The notes below the pieces were generated by a model. That model did no database searches. It was not told the DNA's origin and saw only the letters and a program-made list of their open reading frames with translations. The translations under genes and the position numbers were made by a program. DNA of 51,247 nucleotides, from the NCBI GenBank assembly GCA_018398765.1, contig JAHBMJ010000283.1, forward strand, positions 1-51,247. The letters run 5' to 3'. Below are positions 1 through 12,385 of this stretch, piece after piece. How positions within the stretch are numbered: position 1 is the stretch's first letter; each line of letters begins with the position of its first letter. Source of the DNA: Chromera velia. Its lineage: Eukaryota.

Positions 1-440
1 GCTTGTACGGCGACTTGATCACCCGCCAAACTTGCTAGTACTGGGACTGGGAAACTAACTTCGCAATACTAAGCCCGGCCGGCATTAATTAAGTGCACTA
101 AGAGAATTAAGTGATAGACTGACAATACAGAGAAAGAAATAATAGACTTGCAATACAGAAATAAATAGAAGCATGCCGTACAGTCTTCGTCCGTCTGTAT
201 CGCTTGAATGGAGTCCTTGGAAGTGAACTCTGAGTGACAGACTTAAGGAGGTAAGGTATGGTGAGTCCCCAACTAGACTACGTTCTTAGTCTAGGAGGAA
301 ATCTGACGGAGTTGAATCTAAGGAGTACTAAGAAGCCAGTTAGGGAGCCAACAGCTTTGATGAAAAAGCATGACTTTCTCGTTTTCGAAGAGATGACTAA
401 TGCTAGGACTAATGCTAAGTGATGATGAACGAGATAGCCT

Positions 441-580
441 TACCCCCAAGAGGCTGGTCAGTGGTCTATCCGTTAGGCCCACCGATTCTGGCACTTTGGC
501 GGCCGAAGGCCGCCAGAAGGCCGCCAAAGCCGTCAGTTTTAAGAGCCTCATTGAAACAGATGGAAAACCTCTTGAGGGTA
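441..580. mobile_element. 140-bp MITE, hAT-like (8-bp TSD)
   Basis: Left TIR TACCCCCAAGAGG (441-453) and right TIR CCTCTTGAGGGTA (568-580, 1 mismatch). Perfect direct repeat GATAGCCT at 433-440 and 581-588. Same TIR as the element at 18920-20272. Confidence 0.85.
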
Positions 581-630
581 GATAGCCTGAGCGAGATTGA
601 GCGGGGCACTCAGGAGATCGACGGAGTGGT

Positions 631-2052
631 TCAACCTGTGACGGCATTTGTGTGTCTATCGTCATATTCAATACAATAAAGTACAACATTTCTTCCTTCA
701 AACGGGAGCTGCGCCCTTTTGACCATTCCACTACCCAGGGCTTCCAGATAATCCAAAAACTCGTCATAGGTAGCAACCGTTTTCCCATTTGGCGTCTGTC
801 TGTCAGGAAACATGTAGGAGAACACACAGCAAGGAACCACTGCAAAGGGTTTCCGAAGAGCAAGGGCGCTTTCAACCACGGCCCCGGTCGCTGAATCAGG
901 ATGCATCGCTATAAGCAGCTCGCACCCTCCCAAAGCCTCCCGCACGGCTGTGGAAGCCGCCGAATCTACACCGAAAAACTCTTCCCGCAAGTGGAGCAGC
1001 GGGAGCTTCAAGTTTCCCTGATGATGCTCTTCGTGGCAGTGCACACGACCACCAGTCGTGTCAACGCTTGAAGGCACAGATGTGGCTGCAGGGCAAGTGC
1101 CCAACTGTCGCCAAAACTTTTTGATTCGACGCCGATGCGTTGAGTTTAACTTGAGCTCCTTTGGTTCGATGAGAACGACACGAAGGTGATGCTCAAGAGC
1201 CAACTGCAAAGCGATGAGTCCCCGCCCTCCCGCAATATCCGCAACTCCGCCTTGCAACACGGATTCTGGAAACGTTTGGAGGATCCACGAAGCGAAAATA
1301 AAATTATGCTTCGACTTTGCAGCAGGAGATTCGTCGGAATGACCGTCGACACACCCAACCTCGCATAGAGATTGGCCGACACTGACGGGCGCTGTCTTCT
1401 GCTTACTAAGCCGTTCGACACGCTGCAGCTGCTTCCTCTCCGCCCAACGCACGGGGTCGCTGTGCCACTTACTGCACGCCAAGTCAGTGCAGGAGCAGAT
1501 TACTTTCGCAGACCTCGCCCGCCAGGCTGCATGGTCGGCGGCCTGCTTCCAGCCAAGTGATCTGGGAAGCGCGACTGCCTCGTGCAGTACCGAGACGCCG
1601 TTCGGTGCAACCAGGAAACGGAGCCCTTTGGACGACTCGGCCTCCCACCGCCCTGTTGCTCGCACAGATACCCCATTTGCAATATTTCGAGGAACTTCCC
1701 ACCCTTGACACATAAACTGAAATGAGGGAACAGGGGTTGTATCCATATTGTCACTTTGGGGGAGCAGTTCGACTGTGAGAAACGTTAATCTTTTGGACAA
1801 ATTGCGGCGCCTTCTCACAACTGCAAGAACCTCCTCATGTCCTTCTCGAGGACCAGCTCCATGATGCGCGGTGAGCTCTGTCGGCGCCCCCCTTGCAGTC
1901 GTCGAGGCGAAAGCACTCGAAGGCACAGTCTGGGCAGCAGAGGGACTCTTGACCTCCTCTTCTCCCTCCCCCTCCCCGCCTGAGAACCTGTCCTCTGCTT
2001 CACCCGCTCTCTTGGCTGAGCAGACTTCGGAGTCCGTCTCTGGCTCCACCAT
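631..2052 (-). CDS. SAM-dependent methyltransferase-domain protein with N-terminal OB-fold-like region, single exon, 473 aa
   Basis: Intact ORF. Motif I VADIAGGRG and C-terminal MHPDSATGAVVESAL...PFAVVPCCVF...LPFEGRNVVLY match an uncharacterised eukaryotic RNA-methyltransferase-like family. N-terminal RRNLSKRLTFLTVEL...VRATGRWE resembles an anticodon-binding OB fold. Confidence 0.75.
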   Translation of the reverse strand: MVEPETDSEVCSAKRAGEAEDRFSGGEGEGEEEVKSPSAAQTVPSSAFASTTARGAPTELTAHHGAGPREGHEEVLAVVRRRRNLSKRLTFLTVELLPQSDNMDTTPVPSFQFMCQGWEVPRNIANGVSVRATGRWEAESSKGLRFLVAPNGVSVLHEAVALPRSLGWKQAADHAAWRARSAKVICSCTDLACSKWHSDPVRWAERKQLQRVERLSKQKTAPVSVGQSLCEVGCVDGHSDESPAAKSKHNFIFASWILQTFPESVLQGGVADIAGGRGLIALQLALEHHLRVVLIEPKELKLNSTHRRRIKKFWRQLGTCPAATSVPSSVDTTGGRVHCHEEHHQGNLKLPLLHLREEFFGVDSAASTAVREALGGCELLIAMHPDSATGAVVESALALRKPFAVVPCCVFSYMFPDRQTPNGKTVATYDEFLDYLEALGSGMVKRAQLPFEGRNVVLYCIEYDDRHTNAVTG

Positions 2053-2516
2053 CCCTGATCAAACCTGGAAGGCTCTACAGCAAGATTTAAGCACACTATA
2101 TATTAATCTATACATGCCCCCCAAGGTCAAGAATCAGCGAAAACACTGGCTATGTCTTCTTGATTACGAAGACCGTATACGAAGGCATATATGAACCTGC
2201 CCCAAACAGTGATCGAGCGCATGCGTTGGGGTCCGATATGATGATGGCCCCGGAAAGCGAGGCGGGGGGCACTTCCCGGATACGCCGTCTCCTCCGGCCA
2301 TTGAAGCGATTTGAAGCGCCGCCATTCTGTGACAATTAATTTGTGTCGATCCAGTTCTTGTCTTGCCAATAGATGTCTTGCCAATGAGACACAGAATCAC
2401 TCTCGTTCTCCTTTCTGAAGGTGTGTCTGTACGTGATCCCTGTCCACTGGCAGCCAACACGAGGATCTACTGTGTTGCCTTGCTACAACCCACGGAGCCA
2501 TCAGACTGAGCCCACG

Positions 2517-4901
2517 ATGAGGATCAAAACACTCGCACCCGCTCCCTTCCTCCTCCTTTTCGGCAGGGGGCTCACCATCAGATACTACCCTCCCAAGTAC
2601 ACAATGAGGTCCGGGTCTGACGGCACGTCCCTGTCACCCACCATCTCACCGGGTGGAGGTGATGACGACATGTTTTTCCCCACTATGCCCCCGTCAGGCC
2701 CTCCCTCTGTCAGCGAACCTGTCCCGTTGACTGCGGAGGAGAAGGAGATGTTTGACCTCATTGATAACGTGTTTGAGGGGATTTACGGAGGTGAGCTTCT
2801 CGAGCGAAATCTCGTGAAGCTGGATTCATACGAAATCTGTCCGAAGTTGATCAAAAATGGAGAGGCATCTGGGAGCGGGTTGAGAGAATTGCTAGGCGAT
2901 GTCGGCTTTCTCGAATTGTGCGGTGGCACCGACGTGCCTGACAACGAGAAAGACATGCTCTGCAGAGCCGTCTTTGCCACAGAAGAAGCCTTCATCAAAC
3001 TAGCCGAGAAGTTCCCGAAAGGCCCAAAGTTTGCCAAGTGGTTTATGGTTAGGTGGGGTCCCCACGCCTCTGCGGAGTTTCCTATACCCAGCTGTGTCCG
3101 CAGCTCTTATAAGAACGTCCACCTTGACAGCATCCCTCCCTCTGCCGAGCTAATAGACGGCAATGGCTGCAATGCCTATGCTGTATGTGACATCCTGGTC
3201 ACCATCCTTGCGCAGTCAAACAATCAGGCTGACGTCGGATCATGCGGCCCGACGGCCACCCTTGCCGCAGTGGAGGACGTCAACCCCGCACTTGCCATGA
3301 AGATGGCTGTGAGTCTGGTGTGGACAGGGTACCAGACTAGAACACACTACGGGTCGAATTGTGGTGAGGGTGTGTATGACCTTTTCCCGGGTCTGATTCC
3401 TCGCGATGACACTGAGGCAGTCAACCACCTGATCCTGGACAACATCCAGAAGGTGTTTCCCTCTGTCCCCATTGACCTCCCTGCCATTCTTGCGTGGCTG
3501 AAAGAGCCCCGCCCGCGCCAAGTGCCATTCGCGCACGCGTGGGTGACCTCTCTGATGGTGCAGGTGCACACTATGGGCGAGAGTTTCTCCATGCTTCAGC
3601 AGTGCCCCGAGGAAGGGCCAATGTATCAGGGGGTGCTGGTGGCCAAATGGAGCACGGAGGAAGAGACGGCCATCAACAAGCAGCTGTTTGGATCCGGATG
3701 GCAACAACAGATGGCGTGAGTCTGTCTGTCTTTTAGAAGTCGAAAAGACCTAGGGACGCACATGGACAACTGAAGTTCTGAGTTTCTTTGTCTTTCCGTG
3801 TTCAATGCTTCATGCCGATCTCTGTCTTTCCGTGTTCAATGCTTCATGCCGATCCTTATCTCTCGGTGCTCAATGCTTCATGCCGATCCTTGTCTTTCGG
3901 TGCTCAATGCTTCATGCCGATCCTTGTCTTTCGGTGCTCAATGCTTCATGCCGATCGAAGTACGACCCGCACCTCTCCTTTGCGGTCTATTCTGTCAACC
4001 CACGGCTGTAGGATAATCTGGATACGTGTGCTTGCACACGCTTTGTAACTACATGTTGTGCAAGTGCCAAGCACGCACACATAGACCTACACACACACAC
4101 ATACACAGCTAGTCTTACATATGAGAATCCTGCCTTTGTGATTTTGGTGCAGTCCTCATTCCCTCCCTTTGTCATTCCATCAGTGGATTCATCCTTTCAC
4201 TTTCATTCGTTCGTTCATTTCTTTTATTGTTGGCAGGCTCTTATCTTCCTTCCCTCCCCCGCTCTGGCTCTCTGGTTTTTACACTCGCACCTATTCAACC
4301 AGATCTTTTGCAGATACGCTTTCAACTGTGGCGCGTGGTGTTCTTCGGTCGATTTGTGTTCCTTTGTTCTCAAGCACATCTTTGCTTGCACATACCCATG
4401 TCGATCTGTCTGTCTGCCTGCAGGATGTGCGATCTCCTTGCAGGTTCTGTTGGGTGGACCTGCTCGATTGCGTACATAAATAAGGAGTCGAAAGTCCACG
4501 ATGGCAGAAAAGGGGACCCCCCGCCTCAGGAGTTTGTGGACGGCCTGGAGGAGGCATGCGAGAATGGGGGGGCGCTGATGCGCGTGAATGCAGGGTTGCT
4601 GCAGGGTGCGTCGGCGCTGCAAGCACGTGGACCGGGAGCACTTGGGTCAAGTGTTGACGTGCCAATAGTCTCGTGGAACCCGCAGAACCCCGATGCGAAC
4701 ATGTATTCGAACCATGTGACGTACCTCTCTGGATGTGTGGGGGACGTTGTGGTGGTCTGGTCGTGGGCCCGGCGGTTCTATTTCCACAAAGATCTGATTT
4801 TGGGGGATCATGGACAGCTCGGAATGACGGTGTCTCTCTTCGTTTGGAAAGACAAGGAGGGCGGAAAAGGGGACCCGACACTGGTCCAGGCGGCCCAATA
4901 A
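2517..4901 (+). CDS. Secreted protein with a papain-like (C39-like) cysteine peptidase signature, 2 exons
   Basis: Exons 2517-3715 and 4424-4901. The GT..AG intron 3716-4423 joins GC|G in frame. Hydrophobic N-terminus MRIKTLAPAPFLLLFGRG. Candidate catalytic motifs NQADVGSCGPTA and NHVTYLSG...VVVWSW. Gene structure is well supported; function is inferred. Confidence 0.7.
3789..3957. repeat. Intronic minisatellite, 34-bp unit x5
   Basis: Unit TGTCTTTC(C/G)GTG(T/C)TCAATGCTTCATGCCGATC(C/T)(T/C) repeated five times. Confidence 0.95.
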
Positions 4902-4929
4902 AACGGTGAGAGGGGTGGGAAAGAAAGGT

Positions 4930-4932
<3 letters not shown>

Positions 4933-4973
<41 letters not shown>

Positions 4974-4979
4974 TCTGTC

Positions 4980-5026
<47 letters not shown>

Positions 5027-5070
5027 CTCTGTGTGTATGTGTGTGTGTGTTTGTGTGTGCGCGCGCGTGA
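4933..5070. repeat. (CT)n/(GT)n compound microsatellite
   Basis: Direct reading; lies just 3' of the stop codon at 4901. Confidence 0.95.
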
Positions 5071-8000
5071 GAGTGAATGAATCTTGCCTTCTTGAGGGGC
5101 CAGATCATTTTGGTTACTGTTGCTCTTTACAGTTCCCTTCCAATGGATCTCTGTCCAGCCAATAGCTTCGATCTGTGAGGATCGAGGGCTCACTGTCCCT
5201 CTTGGCATGTGCCGCTTCAGCAGTCTCATCTCTCATTGCTCTCCGCATATTCCTTCTTCCTCGCTTCCCTGCTCCTTTTTCCAGCTCCCGCCCCGCCGGG
5301 GGTCTTTGTGGTTTTGTTGATCTGCATGCGGGCTGTTCTTCCTGTGCGTCCCTTTCTCTTCTCGGAGTGTAATTCTTCTGATTCTTTTTGCGGTAGAAAG
5401 AATCTCGTTGACCCCCCCTGCGTGCAGGTAGTTGCGGTGTCTCTTTGTGAGGGCAGAGACGGTGGGAATGAAGGCGTTGACCTGACCTGAGCTGAGCTGA
5501 GCTGAGCTGAGCTCAGAGGGACATGCAGTCACTCGCCTCCTGCCTTGCTCTCTCCCTCTGTCAGGGTTTCTTTCCGCAGCTAGAAGGTTGGACCAGGCAA
5601 GCGAGCAAGCAGGCAGGCTCGTGCGGCATCTCCTTCCCTTTTTACCTCATCCTTCATCCATCCCTTCGCTGTACTGTCTTCCTGTCGGTCGATTGGGCTT
5701 TCCTCTCAGAATCTCTTTCCTCCATCGGACCCGACTGGACTCGATCCCATTCACATCACACACACACACACACTCATCATCGAGGCGAGGCATGGCCTGA
5801 ATTGATGAATTGACCGACTGAAGGAAAGAGAAGGGAGAGATCGAAATAAACTTCAAAATATCAGTCTCCATTTTCGCCTTTTCGTTTCGTGCAAAGCTTG
5901 ATTGCCAAATTTGTGTCTCGTACCTTTTCCGCCGCCAGGTTTTGTCTTCGACCGAAATTCCTTTGATCGGACTTCAGTAGTCAATCGCGCAATTAAGCTT
6001 AGCGACAGGGGTGGATCGAGAGACAGTCAGTTACCAAGAGAGAAGACGCGGGAACAAAAGAGAAAAGAGAAGACTGAAAAGATAAGGAGAAAGGTGCAGG
6101 TCGGAATCGTCCAAAGTGGCCTTCGGCTTCGACCAGTCTCCCTATCTCCGCCGTGCTTTTTTTTTCTTCTGTTTTTCCATTCCCCGCGCTTGCCTTCTTG
6201 CTCTCCTCTTCCCTTCGCTGCCTGTCTCTCCGTTTTTTTGTTGTTCATTTGACGTTCACTTTCGCACGGATAATCCATTCCATCAATGCCGGGCTGCGAA
6301 GGACGCTGAGGGCTTTAAGAGCTTGAATGGTGATGCCCTGTGATCGGTGTGGATTCTGGAATCACGATAAATAGACTAGCTCCGCAATGCTCGGCACACA
6401 CCAATCACTGCCCTTTTCCCCTCTGGACATCACTTTGATGCTTTGCCCGCGCTGCTAGCAGCAATGAAACCTCGATCAGCATGGTTCAGCCAAGACCTGA
6501 GCCAGGTTCGATTCCAGTCGCTGGAGACTAAGATATATATACATTATTAATTCATTTTTTTTTCCCTATATAACTGTTTGCCATATTGCAACACTTTGCA
6601 AGTTAATTCCAACACTGATACCACACTTATATGCAACAGCCATTGTCATCCAAACAAGGGTTGTTTATTACATTAAAAGAAAAAAAATCGATAGATTGAG
6701 ATATATATTCACTAGTATATTCATTAATTTCATTTTGTTTCTAACACTTTCTGTCCATGATATATAAATTTACATCTAGTTACCTAGCTAGTTCTAGAGC
6801 TAGTTACTTATAGTAAGCAAGAGTAACCAAACTGATTCGGATATTTGAAATTAACGGCCTCGCATATTGCCGCTAAATGCTTTAACGCTAGGTGTGTAGT
6901 AGTAGCTATTTATAGAGGCTGATCGATGGTAATAGCATATGTCTAGCTAGATGACTAACTGTAACGGTAACTGGTTAGCTATAGCTTTGGAAACTTGAAA
7001 GGCTGGCATCTACCCTCAGGTGTGCGGAGTCACGGGCATGGCCTAGGGCATGGCCGTGTTTGTCATAGTTCTGGATCTCTGTGGGATAGAGAGCTTAGCT
7101 CACAGGCGTTTCCTCAGTCGGTTGAAGCTCCGAGGTCGTTGTGGGTGTTTTGCTTCTTCTGCTTGCTCTGTGGTTATCCTTTTAGCGCATCTGCTGCTTG
7201 TTCTGGAGTGAGGGAACACCTGGCAACTCCAGGTGCCTCAATTGCGTTAAGAGACTGGAGGGACAAAAAGTTCGCAAAGCCGTCTCCGACTGTTGCCGAA
7301 GAAGCTTACTGTATTGGGAGTTGGAAGCCTTCTGCAGCCATGTGGGCCCATTGTGGGACTGCCTGGTTATTTGTCTACTCTCTTCGTACCCACGGCAAAG
7401 CCTGAAAACGATCGATCGACTCGCAGCATCTGCCGCGAATGGCTGCCGCCATGGTTGCCCCTAAGTGTCATATTTTATCCTATATAACTCTAACTAGAAC
7501 TCTAAAGACTAGCCCAAGACGCTAAATGCTAGCTAGCCTAAACATCTATGATTGATGATCAATTGAAGCCCACTAACTGGCTACGTCAAGTATATGATGT
7601 ATGGGGTTAAAGCCGGTGAGCCGTATAGACTCTGGCCAACCTAGAGCGTCATACATAGAGATAAACTTTCGACTTAGGCCCCATTAGGGTAAATTGAATC
7701 AATGGGTTATGCAGTTGAAGGCTCGAGCTCGGTTGGATTGTTAGTAATTTGTTATTCTTATATCTTTGAAAAATTGTGGATTCAGTGCTAGATTCAGTGC
7801 ACGGCACAATCGAATCACTGCATGCAAGTATGCGCATCTACGCACGCTTCCCTCTACTAGTACTAGTACGCTTCCCTTTTTGAAGCTTCAATCAACAGCG
7901 TGTTCCTTTGAAATGATTTGTTCACAAAGCAACAAGAAAAGAACGATGGTGTGGAGCAAAAGTGCATACAGTGCGAGCTTAGACACTTGTTGAAACCACT

Positions 8001-8615
8001 TTTCACCAAACATCGTTCAACCCACCAAACCCATGCATCGCTTTTGGCCATTTCCGTTTCTCTCTTGCTCTCAGGCACATTATTCGTCCGACATGCAAAG
8101 AGTTCGTCTCCATTGTTCGATTCCGTTTGTTTCTTTCCTTCCCGCCTCCCATGAACATCCACTTAATTGAATGCATCCTTCCATTTCACGACCAAAGCCA
8201 TGCAGCTGACAACGATTTGTCTCTGGTCGAAATTGGATCGGTTCTCACCCTTCCCTTTCTCGCCCCTTTCCTTCACGCCCCATTCCCGCCTGCCTTCTTG
8301 CTCAAATCTGAAATGCATGATCTCGACAAGTCACCCACCCACTCATGCACCCACCCACCCACCCACCCAATCTTCGTTGGTCACATTCCACATTCAACAC
8401 ACCCTCCGGCCCTCCCTGGTCCACTCGAGGGTCAAAAACTGGTCGGATTCTTTCTCTCCTCCTCCGAAAGCCTCGGATGCAAGAGGGGTCACCAAGAGAT
8501 TCTGGGGTCTACCTCTTGCACCCTCCCTGTTTGTCTCAATACTCTGCATCTACAAGAACAATTGACAAGCGGTTCCTTCCATAGTCAAGTCAGCCGGAGC
8601 TCACCGTTCCCTTCC

Positions 8616-10405
8616 CTACTCGGAGGCAACGACCAACAAGTTCTTTCCCACCGACTTTCCATCCCTCTGCACCTGATAGAGAGCCTTCACGTTCTCCATG
8701 CTGAAGTCCATCTCCTTGTTCAGGGGCACCTGGAGCTTCCCCGCAACGATCAGAGCGGCCAGGTCATCTTGCACTTTGGTGTCGTTGCTCAGGCACATGA
8801 AAGAGGCAAAACGAAGGGGTGCGTGGGCCTTGGGGTCAAATCCAGCGTCGAAGCTTGCAATGGTCACAAAGGCGCCGTCGGACTTGAGGACCTTCTTGGC
8901 CTTTGTGAACACATCAGCCTCGCCAATGGTGTCGATGACTGCGTCGAAATCTTTCTCGCCTCCCTCGGCAGACCAGTCCGTCTCGGTGTAGTTGATGATC
9001 GTGTCAGCAGCCTTGAGAGAAGAGACGAACTCCAGAGTCCTGGAGCTGCAGGTGGTGAACACCTTGGCTCCTCTGAGTTTGGCAAGCTGCATACAGGGGN
9101 GGGGGGGGGGGGGGAATCAGGGGACGAAAGACACCGAGATATCAGAGAGAGTTCACATATGCAACATCTTGCTTCCTGCTTCAGTCAAATTTTGCCGTCT
9201 TCGGCTCCTTGATTCATTCCTTCCCTCTTCGACTGCTTGCTGCCCCTTTTCGACCTCTTCCTGCTCCATGCATCTTTCTTTACTTTCCTCAAGTCTCCTC
9301 TCTGTCTTGCGAGAAAGAGAAAGGGAATGGGAGAGAAACAGAGACCGAAAGTCCGTGTCGCGAAGAGAAAGAGGCTACGAAGAGCCGTTGAGGGAGGGAA
9401 CCAGGCACATAGTTAAGCCGAGATGTAGCCGAGACAACTGACTCATTCACTCACCTGCACGGCGATCATCCCCACTGCCCCTGCGGCCCCCAGAATGAGG
9501 ACCTTGGAGCCCTCCTTCACCTCTCCCTTGTCCAGAGCCTGCCAGGCAGTGGTGCCAGCGAGGGGGACTGCTGCTGCGGTCTTCATGTTCAGTCCTTCGG
9601 GGATCTTGGAGACCTTCTTCGCAGGGAGGGTGATGAACTCTGCAGTCAGTCAGACAGAGGGCACACAAGAGGGGGGAGGGAGGGAGACGGTTTCTCTCAG
9701 CTTCCGTCTAATCCAGGGGTAATCTGTCGGCGGCTCTTTCTGTGCGGAAGCCGTGAGGAGAGAAAGAGTTTGTGTTAGCAGGATGCATGAAAACAGGGAT
9801 TGAACAAGGGGGGGGGGAGAAGTCAGGTAGCCGGATGGATAAGTAACGAGTGACTGACCTGCAAAAGCAGAGCCGATGGTCTTGGAGGAGTCGTCGTGCT
9901 TGCCCTCTCCCCAGTTCACGGCAAACACCTTCTCCCCCTTTGCGAAGCCGGACACGCCCTCACCGACAGTCTCGATTGTCCCAGAGAAATCGTATCCGGG
10001 GTAGAAGGGAATGGGGTGGGCCCAGCCTGCACCCTCAAGGTGTCCTCCCAGAACTGCACGGAGACACACAGAAGAAGGGAACAAGATGGAGAGGTGAAAC
10101 GTTGAAGAAGGGAACACCAACGCTTACAGGTACGCCTGCTTGGCAAGGTCACGCAAATACAAGGCCAAGGCCGGCGACAGTCGTAGGGAGACACGGAGAC
10201 GGGAGACTGCAAGCAGTTAATGTACAGTCACTATACAGCCCTCCGATCCAAGCACACCTTTGTTGTCCACAGGGTTCAGGGCGGCATAGTTGATCTTGAC
10301 GGTCACTTCACCGGCAGCGGGGGCCTGGACGGGCACCTCGGCAATCTCAAGAGTGCTCTCATCAGGAGCGAACTTGGGGAATCGAATAGCCTTCATAGTG
10401 GACAT
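8616..10405 (-). CDS. MDR-family NADPH-dependent quinone/enoyl oxidoreductase (zinc-independent), 4 exons
   Basis: Exons 10405-10258, 10053-9859, 9639-9455 and 9086-8616, all GT-AG and frame-consistent. Motifs AALNPVD, PGYDFSG, GSAFAEF, AAAVPLAGTTAWQAL, Rossmann GAAGAVG and GKNLL. Confidence 0.93.
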
Positions 10406-11234
10406 GTTGCTCTACTTTCTGATCGAATCGACAACAGGGGGTTAAACACGGTAAGCGAGCTGCTTGCGCAAAGTGGACTTGAGGAAGTATCAAAGGGTCC
10501 GAAATTATTTTGAACGATGAGGCGTCGATCGTTGAAAGGTCAGAAGTGATGAGACTTCAAGCCATTGAAGCCAATTGCACTCATCCGATTTCGGTGCTTC
10601 AGTCCATCATTGCGCAACATGCATGCAGACCACCCGGAACAACGCGGTCGACACGCCGCCGTTTTACACCCCCGGGGCTGGGACCGGCCCGCGGCCGTCC
10701 GGCTTGGGCTGCGGGCTATGATACGGCGTGAGCAGGCTCTGCGTGCGTCAGCCGCTGTTCGCCAGGTCAAGCGAGGCATCGGATACGAGATACACCCAAC
10801 CAGTTGGGTGAGTGCCTCGGGGGGCCCTTTAGGGGGTCCGCAAATTTGATTGATGCACACCATCGGGGGCTTGGGCATGTCTTGTGCAGGTGCATGCATG
10901 CATGGGGTGGAGGCCACGGCAAGGCGTACGAAGTATGCTTTTCGGCACCACGCGAGCATGTACTTACAACTCCGTGCGAGTTACTTGAGGGGCACGCATG
11001 TGTGAAGTAATTAAGGTATATGCGATCGCGGCTCTATGCGAGTTACTTGAAGGGCATATTTTGGAATTCGGGTGATACTGTGATGGACAGAGATACCCCC
11101 CCCAAAAATGAAAAAATGTGTTATGCGAGTGCGTGCGATCTCAAGGCCTCTCGGCTGATCTCAGCAGAGCTGAGCTGCCCCCCAAGGCGATACAGGCAGG
11201 CTTGGGGCGACAGCCCGAGACACTGACCCATCTC

Positions 11235-11593
11235 TGTGAGAAGTTTGGCTCTGTGGGGTCTGATATCTCAGTGTCCCACCGCCGTCTGACTGACTGATTG
11301 ACCGAAGCATGGGAGAACGCGCATATGCAGAGCGAAATGAAAAGAATCAAGCCAGGCGCATTACGTCCCCAACTGGATAAGTCTCAAATGCAGATCGATC
11401 AAAGTACATGCATGCATTTAATTGAATCAGACAGGAAAAGTCTGATCAATCAAAGTACAGAAGTACAAAGTGAGACAGAACAGACAGAATCTCTAAAGTA
11501 GGAAAAACCAACTCCTATGTAAAGCTGACTCCTTCATACAATCTCTCGTCTCTAGCCTAGAACTGTGAATACACATTATCAAACTTTTTGGTG
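11235..11593 (+). repeat. 5' LTR
   Basis: Starts TGTGAGAAG and aligns without gaps to 13637-13995. Confidence 0.9.
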
Positions 11594-12220
11594 GTGCTCT
11601 TCCAGGTGTGGGCTCGAACCGTCAACATGATCTTCAGTGTAGACGGATCGCTCAGGGAGTTGAGTAGAGTTAGTAGAGCAGATCATGTTGTGAAGTCCAT
11701 ATGCCTTCGAGCAGAGACACCTCGAGACTCAGCTCGGCTTTGAACAGTACAAAGGAATGCAACAATGAGGATTTGGAAACGGGAGTCTCAGACCAGCGCA
11801 CAACTTGTTTGCAGCAGGCAGGGCGACAAATGTTTTTCGAGGCAGGTGTCGGGTCGTGTTGAATCCTTCGTGGTCTGCAGACAGGCCGGGAAGCGTTGTT
11901 CACGTCCGCTCTCGGGGACACGTCCACTCTCGGGGAGAAGGAGTAGAGATCTTTAACCTGTACACGGGCTGCTTCAAGCAGATGCAGGACTGGCTTGAAT
12001 GGGTGTTGGCGGTGAGACAACCAGAGACTGTACTGGCAGAACCTGCAGAATCTGATCTTGAGGCACTGAGTCTGTGGGGCGCCGAGCAAGCTCCGCCTGT
12101 TCAAGTTCAGATTTCGCCATGGGTTAGAGTTGGAGAGAAAGAAAGAAGCAAACCGAAAGAGACAAAGATGAGCAGCAGTGAGCAAGAAGAAGAAGAAGGA
12201 ATGAACCGTTATGAAGAGAA

Positions 12221-12385
12221 GATGGACAGAATGATTGAAAGAAGGATTGAAAGAATGATTGAAGGAAGGATTGAAAGAATGATTGAAGGAAGGATTGAAA
12301 GAATGATTGAAAGAAGAATTGACAGAATGACTGAAGAAAAAATTGATAGAATGACTGAAGCAAGGATTGACAGAATGACAGAAAA
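12221..12385. repeat. 12/24-bp tandem repeat inside the LTR element (reads as IERMIEGR repeats)
   Basis: GATTGAAAGAATGATTGAAGGAAG-type units within ORF 11805-12410. Confidence 0.85.

Noticed and set aside
3789..3957. Regular ~34-bp repeats resembling a CRISPR array
   Set aside because: Units are contiguous with no unique spacers, no cas genes are present, and the array lies in a spliceosomal intron.
5100..5900. Possible small spliced gene on the minus strand
   Set aside because: All three frames are open over part of the region, no motif is recognisable, and I could not fix a start or a consistent exon chain.
6995..7464. Overlapping ORFs within a degenerate repeat island
   Set aside because: No recognisable domain in any frame; probably decayed repeat sequence.
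8127..9212. 361-aa plus-strand ORF
   Set aside because: Antisense shadow of the last exon of the MDR oxidoreductase. The same applies to 29730-30488 opposite the peroxiredoxin.
11592..11620. Possible tRNA gene (GGTTCGA on the minus strand)
   Set aside because: Only the 3' portion is present and it includes CCA. Its position right after an LTR identifies it as a PBS.
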